From positions 67,484,320-67,548,319 of the forward strand of contig NC_083412.1 in NCBI RefSeq assembly GCF_020745735.1: DNA of 64,000 bases, in the 5' to 3' direction. Every line of letters starts with the position of its first letter. The first letter of the stretch is position 1. The position numbers were made by a program, and so were the translations under genes. Positions 62,886 through 64,000 of the stretch are shown piece after piece. The stretch is from Hemiscyllium ocellatum. Lineage: Eukaryota. Below the pieces are notes generated by a model. It had not been told where the DNA came from. It made no database searches and worked only from the letters and a program-made list of their open reading frames with translations.

Positions 62886-63540
62886 TGCTTTCCTAGTAAG
62901 AAAAAGGAAAAACAATAAATCTGCATACATTCTAAATGTCTGCATTGAGAGAGACATTCTAGCTCTCATGATCAAGTGCTTCTATGTATGGAAAGTGCAA
63001 CATTGTGATCAGCTGCCCCATCAGCCACAACAATAGTCTTATTCCCCTCTGCTCTGCCATTCAATAGTGGTTATCAGAGTATAAGCACAGTCCAATTAGA
63101 AGCTCTCTGCTCTGGAACTGAGTAAGGTTAGACATTGTAGAAATTCTGGGCTGGAATAGAGTGCAAGACATGCCTAATTTTTATCAGTGATATTATTCTT
63201 TTCACTCTCAGTTGGAGACGACAACAGTACAAGACAATCATGCACAGATAGACAGGTATCAGCAGTAATCAGAAACTTTGTTGGGGGGGGGGGGGCTTTC
63301 TGGAAACATAGCTGGGAAGCAACCTACACAGAACTGCTTTTAATTTAATGAAAATGTCTGATCACACATTAATCTCTCACGGATTACAAAATTCTGCGCT
63401 TTTAGTTTTTATTGTATTGGAATGTATTTATATTGAAGGATTTGGTTTGCTAGGTACCAACTTGCTGGTACATTAAGTCTGCGTGTTCCAGTGTCCTCTT
63501 AAAGCTCCCTAGCTTCATTCCTCACCGATGATGATAAGTA

Positions 63541-63718
63541 GCTGAAAATGTGTTGCTGGAAAAGCGCAGAACATCAGGCAGCATCCAAGGAACAAGAGAT
63601 TCAACGTTTCAGGCATAAGCCCTCCTCCTGTTCCTTGGATGCTGCCTGACCTGCTGTGCTTTTCCAGCAACACATTTTCAGCTCTGATCTCCAGCATCTG
63701 CAGACCTCACTTTCTCCT
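63541..63718. mobile_element. PLE-derived fold-back mini-element
   Basis: Inverted arms. 17-bp TSD cgatgatgataagtagc (63526-63542 / 63719-63735). Tail on the right arm only. Confidence 0.92.
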
Positions 63719-64000
63719 CGATGATGATAAGTAGCCAACGTCTGAAAAAAAGTCTACTCATCAGTACAAAAACACAGTCAGCAAAAGTCCAGGATTATGG
63801 ACCTACACATTGCTGAATTGTACCTGCCCTGATTGGTTCTCAATTGAAATTATTAGTTTAGACATCCAGAGGAGAATATATCATCTCGCAGTATTCAATA
63901 AGAATTAGAGTGCAATGTGATTAATTGCTCTGCCAATTTAAATTAACAACATTTGGCCTGTAATGGCTTCTGTATTGAGATCTGATGTCAACGGAAGGGA

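Noticed and set aside
12240-63718. Recurrent palindromic repeats suggesting a CRISPR array or REP elements
   Set aside because: The copies are dispersed, have no regular spacers or cas genes, sit in a eukaryotic context and are identical to PLE 3' ends.

Overview
Eukaryotic, repeat-rich vertebrate DNA, very probably from an elasmobranch (shark or ray), inferred from HE1-type V-SINEs and a Deu-domain SINE. The ORF track is mostly noise. One real gene is visible on the minus strand. I rebuilt five in-frame exons by hand (10469-10569, 7891-8110, 7355-7419, 4371-4458, 1842-2024; 101/220/65/88/183 bp, all GT-AG). They encode the two N-terminal Ig domains of a divergent ALCAM/CD166-like adhesion molecule. 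The signal-peptide exon and the downstream exons were not found, so 10.6-64 kb is probably its large first intron. The rest is CR1-type LINE debris, SINEs, probable solo LTRs, a Tigger-like MITE and many Penelope-like retroelements (PLEs; RT + GIY-YIG). The most striking signal is about 20 minimal hammerhead-ribozyme motifs (CTGANGA-a-helix II-GAAA-palindromic helix III) from several PLE families. Many lie in short, TSD-flanked fold-back insertions with a ribozyme cassette on each strand, and only one arm of each carries a 30-35 nt terminal tail. Repeat boundaries are approximate unless a TSD is given.
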